63,038 nucleotides of DNA, taken from Bdellovibrionota bacterium. Lineage in GTDB: Bacteria > Bdellovibrionota > UBA2428. The notes under the pieces were generated by a model. The model saw only the letters and a program-made list of their open reading frames with translations. It did no database searches and had not been told where the DNA came from. The stretch's first letter is position 1, and each line of letters starts with the position of its first letter. The DNA is taken from assembly GCA_964201665.1 (NCBI GenBank), contig CAXNEW010000005.1:1-63038 (forward strand), in the 5' to 3' direction. The translations under genes and the position numbers were made by a program. Positions 17,960 to 27,213 of the stretch are shown piece by piece.

Positions 17960-19747
17960 CTACTTTAACCCCTTCGCGCGCCTTTCGGGGTCTACGCGCA
18001 TATATTTCGCAGGTGATGACCCCATGTATCCAGGTTTCGAGTTGTAGGTCCAAGGCATATTGACCTGGTAGGCCAAACGATGGGTTTCAACGATCCAAGG
18101 GAGTTCTTCAGTGAAAATTTCTTTCATGCGGCGAATGAGTTTTCGCCTTTCCGGCGAGTCCACCATGCCGCGAACCTGTTCATAGAGTTTGTTGTACTCA
18201 GGATTGTCCATGTTTGAGGCATTGGGGCCTGGGGCTTTATTTTTTCCGTAAAGGAGCTGCAGAAAGTTTTCGGCGTCGGGGTAGTCGGCAAGCCAAGCAA
18301 TGCCCCAAAACTGAGCTTTTTTATCGTTAAGCTTTTTGCTGAGTTCCGCAAACTGGTTCACATTGACCTTCAAATTAATTCCAATTTTTTGAAGTTCTCT
18401 TTGTACCTTTTCAGCTCGCTGCCTTGAAGTGGCGCCCTGGGTTGATTCATACACTAAATCGGGCATGCCCTTTCCTTCAGGAAATCCCGCTTTGGCCAAA
18501 TACTCTTTGGCTTTTTCGATATTGTATTCGGTGTACGGATTCACAAAATCTTCTTCGTAACCCGCAATTCCTGGCGGCACAGGACTGTGAGCCTGGAGGG
18601 CTCGATTATTATAAAATTCTTCGATATTTTTTTTGTTATCAAGAGCATGAGCAATGGCACGACGTAAATTGACCCCACCCTTTTTGATAACAGGATCTTC
18701 GAGATTAAACGCCAGGTAAGTCACATCGGGATCAATGGCTTTTCTTAAAAACATCCCCTTTTTCTTGAAGTCCTCTGTCAGGTCTTGAGAAGCAACATCA
18801 ATGGCTTCTTTGTAATTATCTTTTGGAATTCCGCCGACATCAACTCCACCGGATTTGAGTGTGAGCCAGGCTGTCGAGTCTTCAACAAAAACCAAATATT
18901 CGATTTTTGAGGCAAAGGGAATTGTTTTACCTGCATCACCTAAGAGATTGGCTTCCTTGTCTCCGGGCTCACCTTCTGAGGGATAAACCTGACCACGGTA
19001 GTTGGGATTTTTTTCAAATGAAACTTTGGAATTTTTAAGCCACTCAACCAACTTGTAGGGACCAGATCCAATGGGTTTATTCACAAAGTCAGGGCCCAAG
19101 GCTTCAACAACTTCTCGGGGTACCACAAAGGTAATTGGCATCGCGAGCACAAACAAAAGCTGTGGATATTTTCGCGTAAGTTTAATTTTTAGAGTGTAAT
19201 CATCGGGGGCCGAAAAACCTTCAGGTAACTCATCATAATTCGTGTTACCCAATTTTTTTTGAACGTCTCTCCACTCGTTGAGGCCTTTAATGTGGCCATC
19301 AAAGATCCAAAAATTTCCGGTTCCAATTTTAGGGTCGGCGACTCTTAAAAAAGAATAAATAAAATCTTTTGCTTTTACTTCGCGCCCTTTACCGTCACGA
19401 AACGAAGGGTGATCGGTAAAATGAACTCCCTTGCGAATTTTAAAAATGTATTCAAGGCCGTCCGACGAAATCGTTGGCATTGTTTCGGCCAGACTGGGAA
19501 TGAGTTCGTGGGGCCGTTTAAGATAATGATACTCAAGTAGGCCTTCGTAAACCAAGCTTGTCATATAGGCCGAATAAGTTTCTTCAACCAAAACAGGGTC
19601 CATGGTTCGGGCATCCGCGATAATTGGAATTCTAAGTGTGTCATCGGTTGCCGATACTCGAGAACCCCGAGTGCAACTTAAAACTGAAAAAAGGACTAGT
19701 GAAAAAAAAGAAATGTTAATGAGTTTTGATTGAAGTTTTTTATTCAT
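17960..19747 (-). CDS. ABC transporter substrate-binding protein, family 5 (OppA/DppA-like), lipoprotein
   Basis: SBP_bac_5-like sequence. I moved the start to ATG 19747, giving MNKKLQSKLINISFFSLVLFSVLSC with a lipobox-like Cys. Confidence 0.85.
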   Translation of the reverse strand: MNKKLQSKLINISFFSLVLFSVLSCTRGSRVSATDDTLRIPIIADARTMDPVLVEETYSAYMTSLVYEGLLEYHYLKRPHELIPSLAETMPTISSDGLEYIFKIRKGVHFTDHPSFRDGKGREVKAKDFIYSFLRVADPKIGTGNFWIFDGHIKGLNEWRDVQKKLGNTNYDELPEGFSAPDDYTLKIKLTRKYPQLLFVLAMPITFVVPREVVEALGPDFVNKPIGSGPYKLVEWLKNSKVSFEKNPNYRGQVYPSEGEPGDKEANLLGDAGKTIPFASKIEYLVFVEDSTAWLTLKSGGVDVGGIPKDNYKEAIDVASQDLTEDFKKKGMFLRKAIDPDVTYLAFNLEDPVIKKGGVNLRRAIAHALDNKKNIEEFYNNRALQAHSPVPPGIAGYEEDFVNPYTEYNIEKAKEYLAKAGFPEGKGMPDLVYESTQGATSRQRAEKVQRELQKIGINLKVNVNQFAELSKKLNDKKAQFWGIAWLADYPDAENFLQLLYGKNKAPGPNASNMDNPEYNKLYEQVRGMVDSPERRKLIRRMKEIFTEELPWIVETHRLAYQVNMPWTYNSKPGYMGSSPAKYMRVDPERRAKGLK

Positions 19748-19813
19748 GCCTACACTTAGAAAAACCAAGTTATAGCCAAGGTGTCAAAGGTCCGGCCAAA
19801 TTGAATTGAAACC

Positions 19814-19976
19814 AGGGCGTATTTGCATTTGAGAATTTATTCCTAAATGAGCGAATTTTTCGCTGCCACTTATGGGCCGACGACGCGCTATACGAAGGGA
19901 TAACGCTAGGAGGGCCATATGTGGAAGCGGAAAATGCAGCCATTTCGGAATGAATTGGCAATTGCAAATACGCCCT
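19814..19976. repeat. 163-bp imperfect palindrome (foldback element) in an intergenic region
   Basis: I paired positions i and 39790-i by hand. The outer 14 bp are perfect (AGGGCGTATTTGCA / TGCAAATACGCCCT). Roughly 50 of the next 65 positions pair in the same register with no indels. The central ~25 nt are unpaired. Confidence 0.7.
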
Positions 19977-19985
19977 AGAGACTCT

Positions 19986-20864
19986 TTAAAAATCTTTCAC
20001 AAAAATTGACGCGGGAGGTCTCCACTCAAAGGGCTCCAGACTAGGATTTTCCCAAACCTCTACTTGGCTCCAATTCCATTCAAAGGGAAGTTTTTTTCCA
20101 CCGCTTGTGAAACGACTCTGAAGTGGAAATCGAGAGGCCCCCTCGCCTTTAAAATTGAAATATTCAACCTCGAGATCGGCCCGGCCGTTTTGGAAAGCCA
20201 TTTTGCCTTTGAAAAATTCGACTTTCAGTGGGAGCCCTAGGTCGGCGTCAAGCCAATATCTTAGAGACGGCGTTTTGGGTGTCTCGGAGGGGAATTCCAA
20301 AATGAGAGAATGGCTTTCTTCATCAACGCGGCAGTTTGAAGTTTCCTTTTTCAAGGGGTTTGGGTCCAAGCTAACTTGTGTCAAAAGTGAGGGAACCAAA
20401 AATTCCGGAATCGCGGGAAAAGGCAGATCTTTCAAAAAAAAGTCCCGACGCAAACTGTCCTTTTGGTATTCCTCAAAGGGCAAACGATAAACAAGTTTTT
20501 CTCGGGGCACAAAAAGTTGAACCCATCTTGTATTGGCAACAAACAAGGCTACGCGCACTCCGAGGGGACCCACCACTTCAGCCCGCAAAAGAAAGGGCTC
20601 TCGCACGGCCACTTCTAAATCCAAATCTCCGTCAGGGGTTGAAAAAACTGCGCGCCCCCTTAGGGACTTGTAAAACTGATTTCGAAACTTAATTTTTTCA
20701 AAAATACTCAGACAAGATTTAGCATCAGGTAAAGCGCGATTTCCTTTGGGGTCAGATTTGGAGTCCGGTGAGGTTGAGGCGCATCCGCTAAATAAAATCA
20801 GACTCAACCCAAAAATGAGCGATTCTCGACAGCCACTACTTAGAGGCCGGAATGCGATCGCCAA
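19986..20864 (-). CDS. outer-membrane lipoprotein, LolB-like/DUF4292-like (tentative)
   Basis: Lipobox LILFSGC followed by ASTSPDSKSD. The ORF-track N-terminus up to 21164 lies inside the TPR gene in another frame and has no plausible ATG. The TTG at 20864 is my best guess. TTG 20894, GTG 20900 and TTG 20807 are alternatives. Confidence 0.5.
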   Translation of the reverse strand: MAIAFRPLSSGCRESLIFGLSLILFSGCASTSPDSKSDPKGNRALPDAKSCLSIFEKIKFRNQFYKSLRGRAVFSTPDGDLDLEVAVREPFLLRAEVVGPLGVRVALFVANTRWVQLFVPREKLVYRLPFEEYQKDSLRRDFFLKDLPFPAIPEFLVPSLLTQVSLDPNPLKKETSNCRVDEESHSLILEFPSETPKTPSLRYWLDADLGLPLKVEFFKGKMAFQNGRADLEVEYFNFKGEGASRFPLQSRFTSGGKKLPFEWNWSQVEVWENPSLEPFEWRPPASIFVKDF

Positions 20865-22734
20865 TGCATTGGGGCAAATGGGTTTCTCGGTCAAACTCAC
20901 AACCCGTGCCCACCAACTTGTTAAAATTTTGCAATTTAACTTCAATTTTTTTCTTATCGGCAGATTTTGATGGCTCAGCTTGAAGTGCGAGTTCATAGAA
21001 CTTTTTAGCTTCCTCAAAGCGACCGATTTTGACAAGGACATCGCCCAAATGATCGGCAATAACATATTCCTCGGGCTGTAAGACCAAAGCTTCGCGCAGT
21101 ATTTTTTCAGCCTCAGCATTTTTTCCTTTTCTAAAAAGCACCCATCCAAGAGAATCCATAACAAAGGGATCCTGGGGTTTAAGCTTTAGGGCCTTGCGAA
21201 CATATTTTTCGGCTTGATCAAGATTCCGATTTTGGTCAGCCCAAATATAACCCACAAAATTCAAGGCCCCAGCATGGTTGGGATTTGACTTTAAAATTTT
21301 GAGCATAGGCTCTTCGGCTTTGGCCTCGAGTCCTCGTCTTTCAAGAAGGGAGCCCTTGGTATAAAGCAGGCGCTCGCTATCGGGATAATCTTTGAGACCC
21401 CTTTCGATTTCTTCCAAAAATTCTTCAGGCTTGGCTGAAGTCATTTCCAAAAGATTTCCATGGAGCTCGCCCATGTCTTCAAAAAAACTTTTCTTAAACT
21501 CCAATTCTGTCCAACCTCGATTTTCGTATTCTTGCAGAGCCGCGAGTCCCTCGGCCCTCTGAGCCAGTTTGCCATGTAAATAAACGCGACGTTTGAGTCC
21601 ATCGACGTACAGATCTGAATCAGAGCTAAGCTCTTGGTAAACTTTCACGGCATTTTTGTAATTTTTTTGGTCCTCATGCAAAGCGCCCAAATAGAAACGA
21701 ACATTGTCGCTTGTGGGTGATTCTTTAAGAATTTCCTCAAATTTTTTCACCGCCTCATCGGGGTTGCCTTGATCAATTAAAAGCAAAGCAATTTTGAGTC
21801 GATTATTGAGGTCTTTGCTATCAACTCGTTCTAAATTTTCAAAGGCCTTTAGGGCCTGTATGGAATTTTCTTTTTCTAAAAACAACTGACCAATTTTTCG
21901 GTGAAAGGTCACATCATCGGTTTCATCAGCTAGCCACAGATAGGTTTTGAGGGCTCCCTCTTTGTCACCCAGTTCTTCTTGAAGAAAGCCTAAATAGGTT
22001 CCGGCCTGAACAAACCCAGGCCGAATGTCGAGGGCTTTTTCATAGGCAAGAACGGCCAGCTTGGCTTTGCCGCGTTCTTGATAAATTCGTCCTAAATAAA
22101 ACTGCGCGAGTGCGGAATCGATGTTCGTTTTTAAAAATAGGGTCAATCGGGCCTCGGCCCTTTCAAGTAGCTTTTCCTCAATATCAATGAGGACTGAATA
22201 AAGAACGATTTCTTCATCGTTGGGAAATTCTTTTTCTAAATCTTTAAGCGCCCCTCGGGCCTGATCAAACTCTTTTTGTGTTGCCAACAGATTGGCAAGC
22301 AAAAGCCTGGCTTTTCTGTTCTTTGGATTTAACTCAATAGCTTTTTGAATTCGGGCGCGCCCCTCTTCAATTTTTCCGCCCCCTAATTGAGCTTCGCCAA
22401 GGAGAGTTTGAACATAAGAAGACTCCGGGTCCATTTGCCCGAGTCTTTCGAAGGCCTGTTGCGAATCCTCGATAAATCCAGAGGACTCTAAACGCGAGGC
22501 AACCAAAAAATAGTAGATCGCATTCACTCCATCGATGGCTGATTTTTCTTCGGGACTCGAAACCTGGGGTCCCTCAAATTTTAAGGGTTTCAAAATTTTA
22601 TTTAAATCTGGCGGTGGGTGAGAAACCATGGGCTCACTCCATTTTGAAAGGTCCAAACATGAAAAAAGAAATACCAGGGCCCCCAAGGACCACGGAAACT
22701 GCCGAAAATAAAGTATTTTTCGGATCCAAGACAT
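20836..22734 (-). CDS. tetratricopeptide-repeat (TPR) protein with N-terminal signal/anchor
   Basis: Many TPR-like 34-aa units (A..Y.KAL...P......LG), for example AEKYVRKALKLKPQDPFVMDSLGWVLF. Hydrophobic N-terminus WSLGALVFLFSCL. Confidence 0.85.
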   Translation of the reverse strand: MSWIRKILYFRQFPWSLGALVFLFSCLDLSKWSEPMVSHPPPDLNKILKPLKFEGPQVSSPEEKSAIDGVNAIYYFLVASRLESSGFIEDSQQAFERLGQMDPESSYVQTLLGEAQLGGGKIEEGRARIQKAIELNPKNRKARLLLANLLATQKEFDQARGALKDLEKEFPNDEEIVLYSVLIDIEEKLLERAEARLTLFLKTNIDSALAQFYLGRIYQERGKAKLAVLAYEKALDIRPGFVQAGTYLGFLQEELGDKEGALKTYLWLADETDDVTFHRKIGQLFLEKENSIQALKAFENLERVDSKDLNNRLKIALLLIDQGNPDEAVKKFEEILKESPTSDNVRFYLGALHEDQKNYKNAVKVYQELSSDSDLYVDGLKRRVYLHGKLAQRAEGLAALQEYENRGWTELEFKKSFFEDMGELHGNLLEMTSAKPEEFLEEIERGLKDYPDSERLLYTKGSLLERRGLEAKAEEPMLKILKSNPNHAGALNFVGYIWADQNRNLDQAEKYVRKALKLKPQDPFVMDSLGWVLFRKGKNAEAEKILREALVLQPEEYVIADHLGDVLVKIGRFEEAKKFYELALQAEPSKSADKKKIEVKLQNFNKLVGTGCEFDRETHLPQCIGDRIPASK

Positions 22735-22871
22735 CTACCCTTTGTATCGACATAAATGGAGGTCAACTTGAAGACTTTTTTGGGAGTTGTTTCCGCCAGT
22801 AGCGGCTCTAAATGGCCTGTAAATCTTAAATCCGAACTACAACTTAAATACTTGTTTTGACAGTGTTTTTA

Positions 22872-23909
22872 TTAAACAAGAGTTTGTCGCCTAAGCTCTT
22901 CCAAGATTTCTTCGCCATTTGTTGTTGCAGTTCCTGCCTTACCTACAACGACGCTTGCTGCTGCATTTGCAGCTGCAGCGGCGACTTCAAGCGAGGCTCC
23001 GGCCGAAAGAAAAGCAGCCAAAACAGCAACCAGAGTGTCGCCAGCTCCGGTGACATCAAAAACCGTTCGTGCAAGGGCTGGCAAACTGTGAGCTACTTGT
23101 TTTTCATTTACCCAGGTTAAGCCGTGGTGACTTCGAGTAATCATGGCAACATCAATTTCAAAATCTTTTCTGATTTTTTGAGCGGCTTCGGCGACTTTCT
23201 TTGAATCAGCGCCCTTATCCAAGGAGTACCCTAAAATGACTTCCGCTTCGGCGATATTTGGAGTCAGCATCCATGAGCCTTTGTAAGCCTTTGGCGGAGT
23301 GTTTCGATTGGGATCCACAAGAGTCCGAATGCCTTGAGCTCTCGCAGCAGAATTAAGTTTTTGGACAAAAACTTCGTCTAAAAACCCCTTTGCGTAATCT
23401 TGAATTACGAGCATCGAGGCACCCTTAAGCTTGGCTTCAATTGCTGATCCTAGTTTTTGCTGCAGGTCGCGACTTAGGGGTTTTATTTTTTCGGAATCCA
23501 CCCTTAAGAGCTGATGGTGGGAGGAAGCAAGGAATCGAGTTTTTTCGATGGTAGGACGAGATGAATCTTTTTCAATAAAGGAATGAACGTGGCTACCTAA
23601 ATTTTTTACTAAACCTGAAAGTCGGTCACCGCTTGAGTCTTCGCCAATAATTCCGAAAACATCAATTTGTAGATTGGGAAATGGGCCTTTAAGAGTACTC
23701 AAATTTCGAATCACATTGCCCGCACAGCCTAATTCGTCTCGAGTTTTTTCAATGACTAAAACGGGCACCGGAGCCTCGGGCGAAATGCGATCCACACTGC
23801 CCCAAACAAAACGATCCAGGGCCAAATCTCCCACGACGACCACCCGAGCAGGAGTGGTTTTTGGTTTTTCTAAAAACTCAATAGCTTGACCGACCCATTC
23901 TGCAAACAT
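22872..23909 (-). CDS. hldA: D-glycero-beta-D-manno-heptose-7-phosphate kinase (RfaE domain I, PfkB family)
   Basis: N-terminus VVVVGDLALDRFVWGSVDRISPEAPVPVLV is the RfaE/HldA signature. C-terminal PfkB motif DVTGAGDT. Confidence 0.8.
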   Translation of the reverse strand: MFAEWVGQAIEFLEKPKTTPARVVVVGDLALDRFVWGSVDRISPEAPVPVLVIEKTRDELGCAGNVIRNLSTLKGPFPNLQIDVFGIIGEDSSGDRLSGLVKNLGSHVHSFIEKDSSRPTIEKTRFLASSHHQLLRVDSEKIKPLSRDLQQKLGSAIEAKLKGASMLVIQDYAKGFLDEVFVQKLNSAARAQGIRTLVDPNRNTPPKAYKGSWMLTPNIAEAEVILGYSLDKGADSKKVAEAAQKIRKDFEIDVAMITRSHHGLTWVNEKQVAHSLPALARTVFDVTGAGDTLVAVLAAFLSAGASLEVAAAAANAAASVVVGKAGTATTNGEEILEELRRQTLV

Positions 23910-23956
23910 GGGTAGATTCTAAAGCATGCACCGAAGCTTCTCAATCTCATATAAAT

Positions 23957-24002
23957 GTATCTCATTATTTACATTTTCTTTGTTTTGTATATAATGAGAT
24001 AC
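23957..24002 (+). promoter_or_regulatory. predicted sigma70 promoter flanked by a 12-bp perfect inverted repeat (candidate operator of the XRE gene)
   Basis: GTATCTCATTAT (23957-23968) and ATAATGAGATAC (23991-24002) are exact reverse complements. TTTACA (23968-23973), a 16-nt spacer and TATAAT (23990-23995) lie between and over them. The ATG at 24007 implies a very short leader. Confidence 0.5.
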
Positions 24003-24006
24003 GCAT

Positions 24007-24486
24007 ATGCCCGCAAAAACCCCCGCAATTGCGAAATCGCTTAAGGAAAGACTCAGACAGATTGGTGAGCAAATCCGTAAGCGCCGAAAAAGCCTAAATA
24101 TTAGCGCGACGACCACCTCGGAAGCTGCCGAACTTTCTCGAGTAACTTTGCATCGAATTGAAAAAGGAGAACCCTCCGTTACCATGGGTGCCTATATTTC
24201 GGTTATCTCTGCGCTTGGTCTTAAATTAGAATTGAAAGACAGTACAAGTCTGAAGCAAAAAAATAGCTCATACAAACTTCCAAAAACGATACGCATAAAA
24301 AATTATGGTCAGCTGAAGCGCCTAGCATGGCAGCTCGACAAGGATACTGAACTCACCCCAAAAGATTCTTTGGCACTTTATGAGCGAAATTGGCGTCACA
24401 TTGATTTTGAGGCCATGGACACCAACGAACGAAGTTTACTCAATGCTTTACTTGTAAAGTTTGGGAAGGAGTCGCTGCTTGTTTAA
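24007..24486 (+). CDS. XRE-family helix-turn-helix protein with a ~80-aa C-terminal extension (putative antitoxin)
   Basis: HTH_XRE pattern LRQIGEQIRKRRKSLNISATTTSEAAELSRVTLHRIEKGEPSVTMGAYISVISALGLKL. Its 3' end overlaps the downstream nucleotidyltransferase gene. Confidence 0.8.
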   Translation: MPAKTPAIAKSLKERLRQIGEQIRKRRKSLNISATTTSEAAELSRVTLHRIEKGEPSVTMGAYISVISALGLKLELKDSTSLKQKNSSYKLPKTIRIKNYGQLKRLAWQLDKDTELTPKDSLALYERNWRHIDFEAMDTNERSLLNALLVKFGKESLLV

Positions 24487-25174
24487 ACGGGAACACCACT
24501 TGCATATCGCAACTATTCTTCAGGCTTTAGATTCTGAACTCCTGCTGAAATACAATTGCCTCTTCGGCGGCGGTACCGCAATTGCTTTGTCCCATGACGA
24601 ATTTAGAGAATCGGTAGACATTGATTTCTTAATTTCAGATATTTCTGGTTACCAAAATCTAAGGGAAACATTAAAAAAAAAGGGGTTAATGGGTATCACT
24701 CGAAGTGGAATGAAACTAGAAACACCGCACGACCTACGCGCCGATCAATATGGCATTCGCACTTTGATTCCTATCTCGAACACTGCAATTAAATTTGAGA
24801 TTATTTTTGAGGGACGCATAAAATTGGATCCTCCCAGTGCTGAAAATAGAATTTGCGGCATCTACTCACTCACCGAAACTGACAGGGCTGCTTCTAAACT
24901 CCTGGCTCTGTCTGATCGATGGGCCGACGACTCCACCTTTAGTCGCGATTTAATTGACTTAGCGATGCTCAATTTACCAAAAAAAGTTTTTCATCGGGCT
25001 CTCGACAAAGCCACGGGCGCCTACGGCGCAAGCGTCATTCGTGATTTGACCAAAGCCATCATTAAACTCAGTGAACGCGAAGGTCGGCTTGATGAATGTA
25101 TGGCGGCACTCAAAATAGTTGACACACCCAAAGCTCTTCTTTGGAAACGTATTCGATCTCTAAAAACTAAATAG
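24479..25174 (+). CDS. nucleotidyltransferase, AbiEii/AbiGii toxin family (DUF1814)
   Basis: LFGGGTAIALSHDEFRESVDIDFL matches the DUF1814 signature (GGTAL...R.S.DiDf). TTG 24479 is preferred because GGAGTCGCTGC precedes it, which places GGAG 7 nt upstream. TTG 24461 is the ORF-track alternative. Confidence 0.75.
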   Translation: MFKREHHLHIATILQALDSELLLKYNCLFGGGTAIALSHDEFRESVDIDFLISDISGYQNLRETLKKKGLMGITRSGMKLETPHDLRADQYGIRTLIPISNTAIKFEIIFEGRIKLDPPSAENRICGIYSLTETDRAASKLLALSDRWADDSTFSRDLIDLAMLNLPKKVFHRALDKATGAYGASVIRDLTKAIIKLSEREGRLDECMAALKIVDTPKALLWKRIRSLKTK

Positions 25175-25276
25175 TCGACCTTTTTGACGGACGCCTTTTT
25201 TCAAGCCGCTTTAAGGTCCCGCAAAATCTCATTGCCTATTGCCAAATAATTTCAATTCAACAACACTGGGGGCCTA

Positions 25277-26179
25277 GTGCGCAGTGGATTCTCAATAATT
25301 CGTAACGGCGATACTTTGGGTTATCCTTATCTTGAATCCCTTCAGAGTTTAGCGCCACTGGTTGATGAAATTGTTGTCGCGCATGGTGATTCGTCGGATT
25401 CCACATTGCAAAGTCTTGAGCATCTTAAGTCGCGACTTTCCTGCCCTCTTAAAATTCTGAATTCTCCGTGGGACCCTCAAAATCTAAAAGGGGGGTTGGA
25501 ACTTTCTCGCCAAACCAATATTGCACTTGAAAAATGCCAAAATGATATTTGTTTATATATTCAGGGCGATGAAGTTTTCTCAGACTCCAATACTCAGCAA
25601 ATTCTTCAAGACCTGGACCGCTTCGAGGCCGAGCAAGACCTTGATGCTCTAGCTTTTAGTTGGGTTCATTTTTATGGCTCCTATGAAACTGAAGTGCGTT
25701 CAGCAAAATGGTATCGACGTGAGATTCGCGCGATAAAAAAAAGTCGCAATCTAAAAAGTTATGGCGATGCTCAAGGATTTCGAACCTGGAATCCTCACTC
25801 GCAAAAATGGACAAAGCCTCGCGCGGCTCTTTCGCGTGGCCAGGTATTTCACTATGGCTGGGTAAGAACCCCCCAAGCCATGGCCGCAAAGGCTTCTGAT
25901 TTTGATAGGCTTTGGCACGAAGGCAAAAGCCCTTTTGACCGAAACCCTAATTCAATTTTTTCTGATCAATTTGGGATTAGGAAGTTTAAGGGTAAACATC
26001 CATCAGTTATGAAGGATCGAATCCAATCAGCTTTTTTGTCCCAAAAACCCCTTCACGAACTCAGCAATCCTCCTAAAAATTTAAAATTTTTGAGACTCGC
26101 TACTTCTGAAATTCTAGAGTCAGCTTTTGACTATCGTCCTGGTGAGTTCAAAAACTACAGTTCGTTAAAACGATTCTAG
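25277..26179 (+). CDS. hypothetical protein, possibly a GT-A-fold glycosyltransferase-like LPS core enzyme
   Basis: 300-aa ORF with a GTG start, sitting among LPS genes. The N-terminus FSIIRNGDTLGYPYLESLQSL...VVAHGDSSDST is only loosely GT2-like, so the product call is weak. Confidence 0.4.
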   Translation: MRSGFSIIRNGDTLGYPYLESLQSLAPLVDEIVVAHGDSSDSTLQSLEHLKSRLSCPLKILNSPWDPQNLKGGLELSRQTNIALEKCQNDICLYIQGDEVFSDSNTQQILQDLDRFEAEQDLDALAFSWVHFYGSYETEVRSAKWYRREIRAIKKSRNLKSYGDAQGFRTWNPHSQKWTKPRAALSRGQVFHYGWVRTPQAMAAKASDFDRLWHEGKSPFDRNPNSIFSDQFGIRKFKGKHPSVMKDRIQSAFLSQKPLHELSNPPKNLKFLRLATSEILESAFDYRPGEFKNYSSLKRF

Positions 26180-27213
26180 GGCGTTTCATTATCTATTTCA
26201 AAAAATTCTAAGGGCGCGCGATGCCAGTAGCCGGCGGGGCGCCAGCGTTTGAAGCTTTCGACTTTTTTCTTTGGATAGTACCCGATGGAGTGCACTCCTA
26301 GGGCATGGGCCAAATGAAGTGGGCCGGTGCTTGACGACACAACTCCTCGGGCTTTGGACAGATAGCCCACGAGAGTTTTTAAATCTTCAAAACCCTCTAT
26401 AATTGAAACTCGTTTTTCTTTTGAAATGCGGTCTTGGCGCAAAAATTCGAGTCTTTGCTTGGCGTCCCAACCTTTGACTAAAAATTCAACGTGAGTTTCC
26501 GAGTCGAGTTTTAAAATTTCGTGGGCCTTTTTTACATAAAACTCTATAGGAAGATTTTTTGCCGAACCCCGATTGGAAACAACCAAAACCCAGTAGTGGG
26601 GGTGAGGCCTGGGAAATTGCCAATTTTCGGGAATCTGAAGACTCGGTAGTCCGGTAAAAGTAGGAACAGGAATTTTTTTGGACTGCAAGAAAGCACGAAC
26701 AAGATCGAGATTGTATTCCATTTCAGATTTTTCAACGCGACTTCTATTTTGAGAAATGGACTCACTAAAAATCCAAAGACTTGAAATCTTTGTCCGCGGA
26801 CCAAGAGTAAATTCAGCAGAAATGTTTTTAAAAAATTTTCCGAGTCTTTTATCGACTACAAGCGATATAGCTGCCGACGCTGGCTTCAGGGCTTCTTTCG
26901 ACTCCGATTCAATAACGCCTTTTGAGTCAATGGTGTAAAAATGAGTGCAAAGTTTATTGAACTGGGCCCATTCGGCTAAATCTCTATTTGAACGATCAAC
27001 CAGTAAATTTATCTCAGATTCAGGCCCCAGCCCAGCTTTTAGAAAACCCAGAGCCGGCAAGGATAAAACTAAATCCCCTATGGCATCGGTTCGGGTAACC
27101 CATATACTGTCCCGATTTTTGAGAGGGAGATTAATCACAAACCCCAAAGATAGCTTGAGCTGATTCCAAATGATAGTGTTTCTTTTAGTATGAACACTCC
27201 GATTCGTAGGCAT
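26176..27213 (-). CDS. glycosyltransferase family 9 (LPS heptosyltransferase-like)
   Basis: VTRTDAIGDLVLSLPAL and SSSTGPLHLAHALGV are GT9 signatures. The start may instead be GTG 27138, because 27213 overlaps the divergent ABC gene. Confidence 0.8.
   Translation of the reverse strand: MPTNRSVHTKRNTIIWNQLKLSLGFVINLPLKNRDSIWVTRTDAIGDLVLSLPALGFLKAGLGPESEINLLVDRSNRDLAEWAQFNKLCTHFYTIDSKGVIESESKEALKPASAAISLVVDKRLGKFFKNISAEFTLGPRTKISSLWIFSESISQNRSRVEKSEMEYNLDLVRAFLQSKKIPVPTFTGLPSLQIPENWQFPRPHPHYWVLVVSNRGSAKNLPIEFYVKKAHEILKLDSETHVEFLVKGWDAKQRLEFLRQDRISKEKRVSIIEGFEDLKTLVGYLSKARGVVSSSTGPLHLAHALGVHSIGYYPKKKVESFKRWRPAGYWHRAPLEFFEIDNETP

Noticed and set aside
19770-19967. 65-aa minus-strand ORF
   Set aside because: It lies wholly within the 163-bp palindrome region, has no RBS, and its sequence reflects the palindrome rather than a protein.
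20865-21164. N-terminal ~100 aa of the 392-aa ORF 19986..21164
   Set aside because: It lies entirely inside the TPR gene in another frame and translates to an implausible sequence. The real product begins near the lipobox.
27138-27213. Apparent 24-bp head-to-head overlap of the GT9 gene (start 27213) and the MsbA-like gene (start 27190)
   Set aside because: This is most likely a start-codon assignment problem. An in-frame GTG at 27138 gives a GT9 N-terminus of normal length and removes the overlap.
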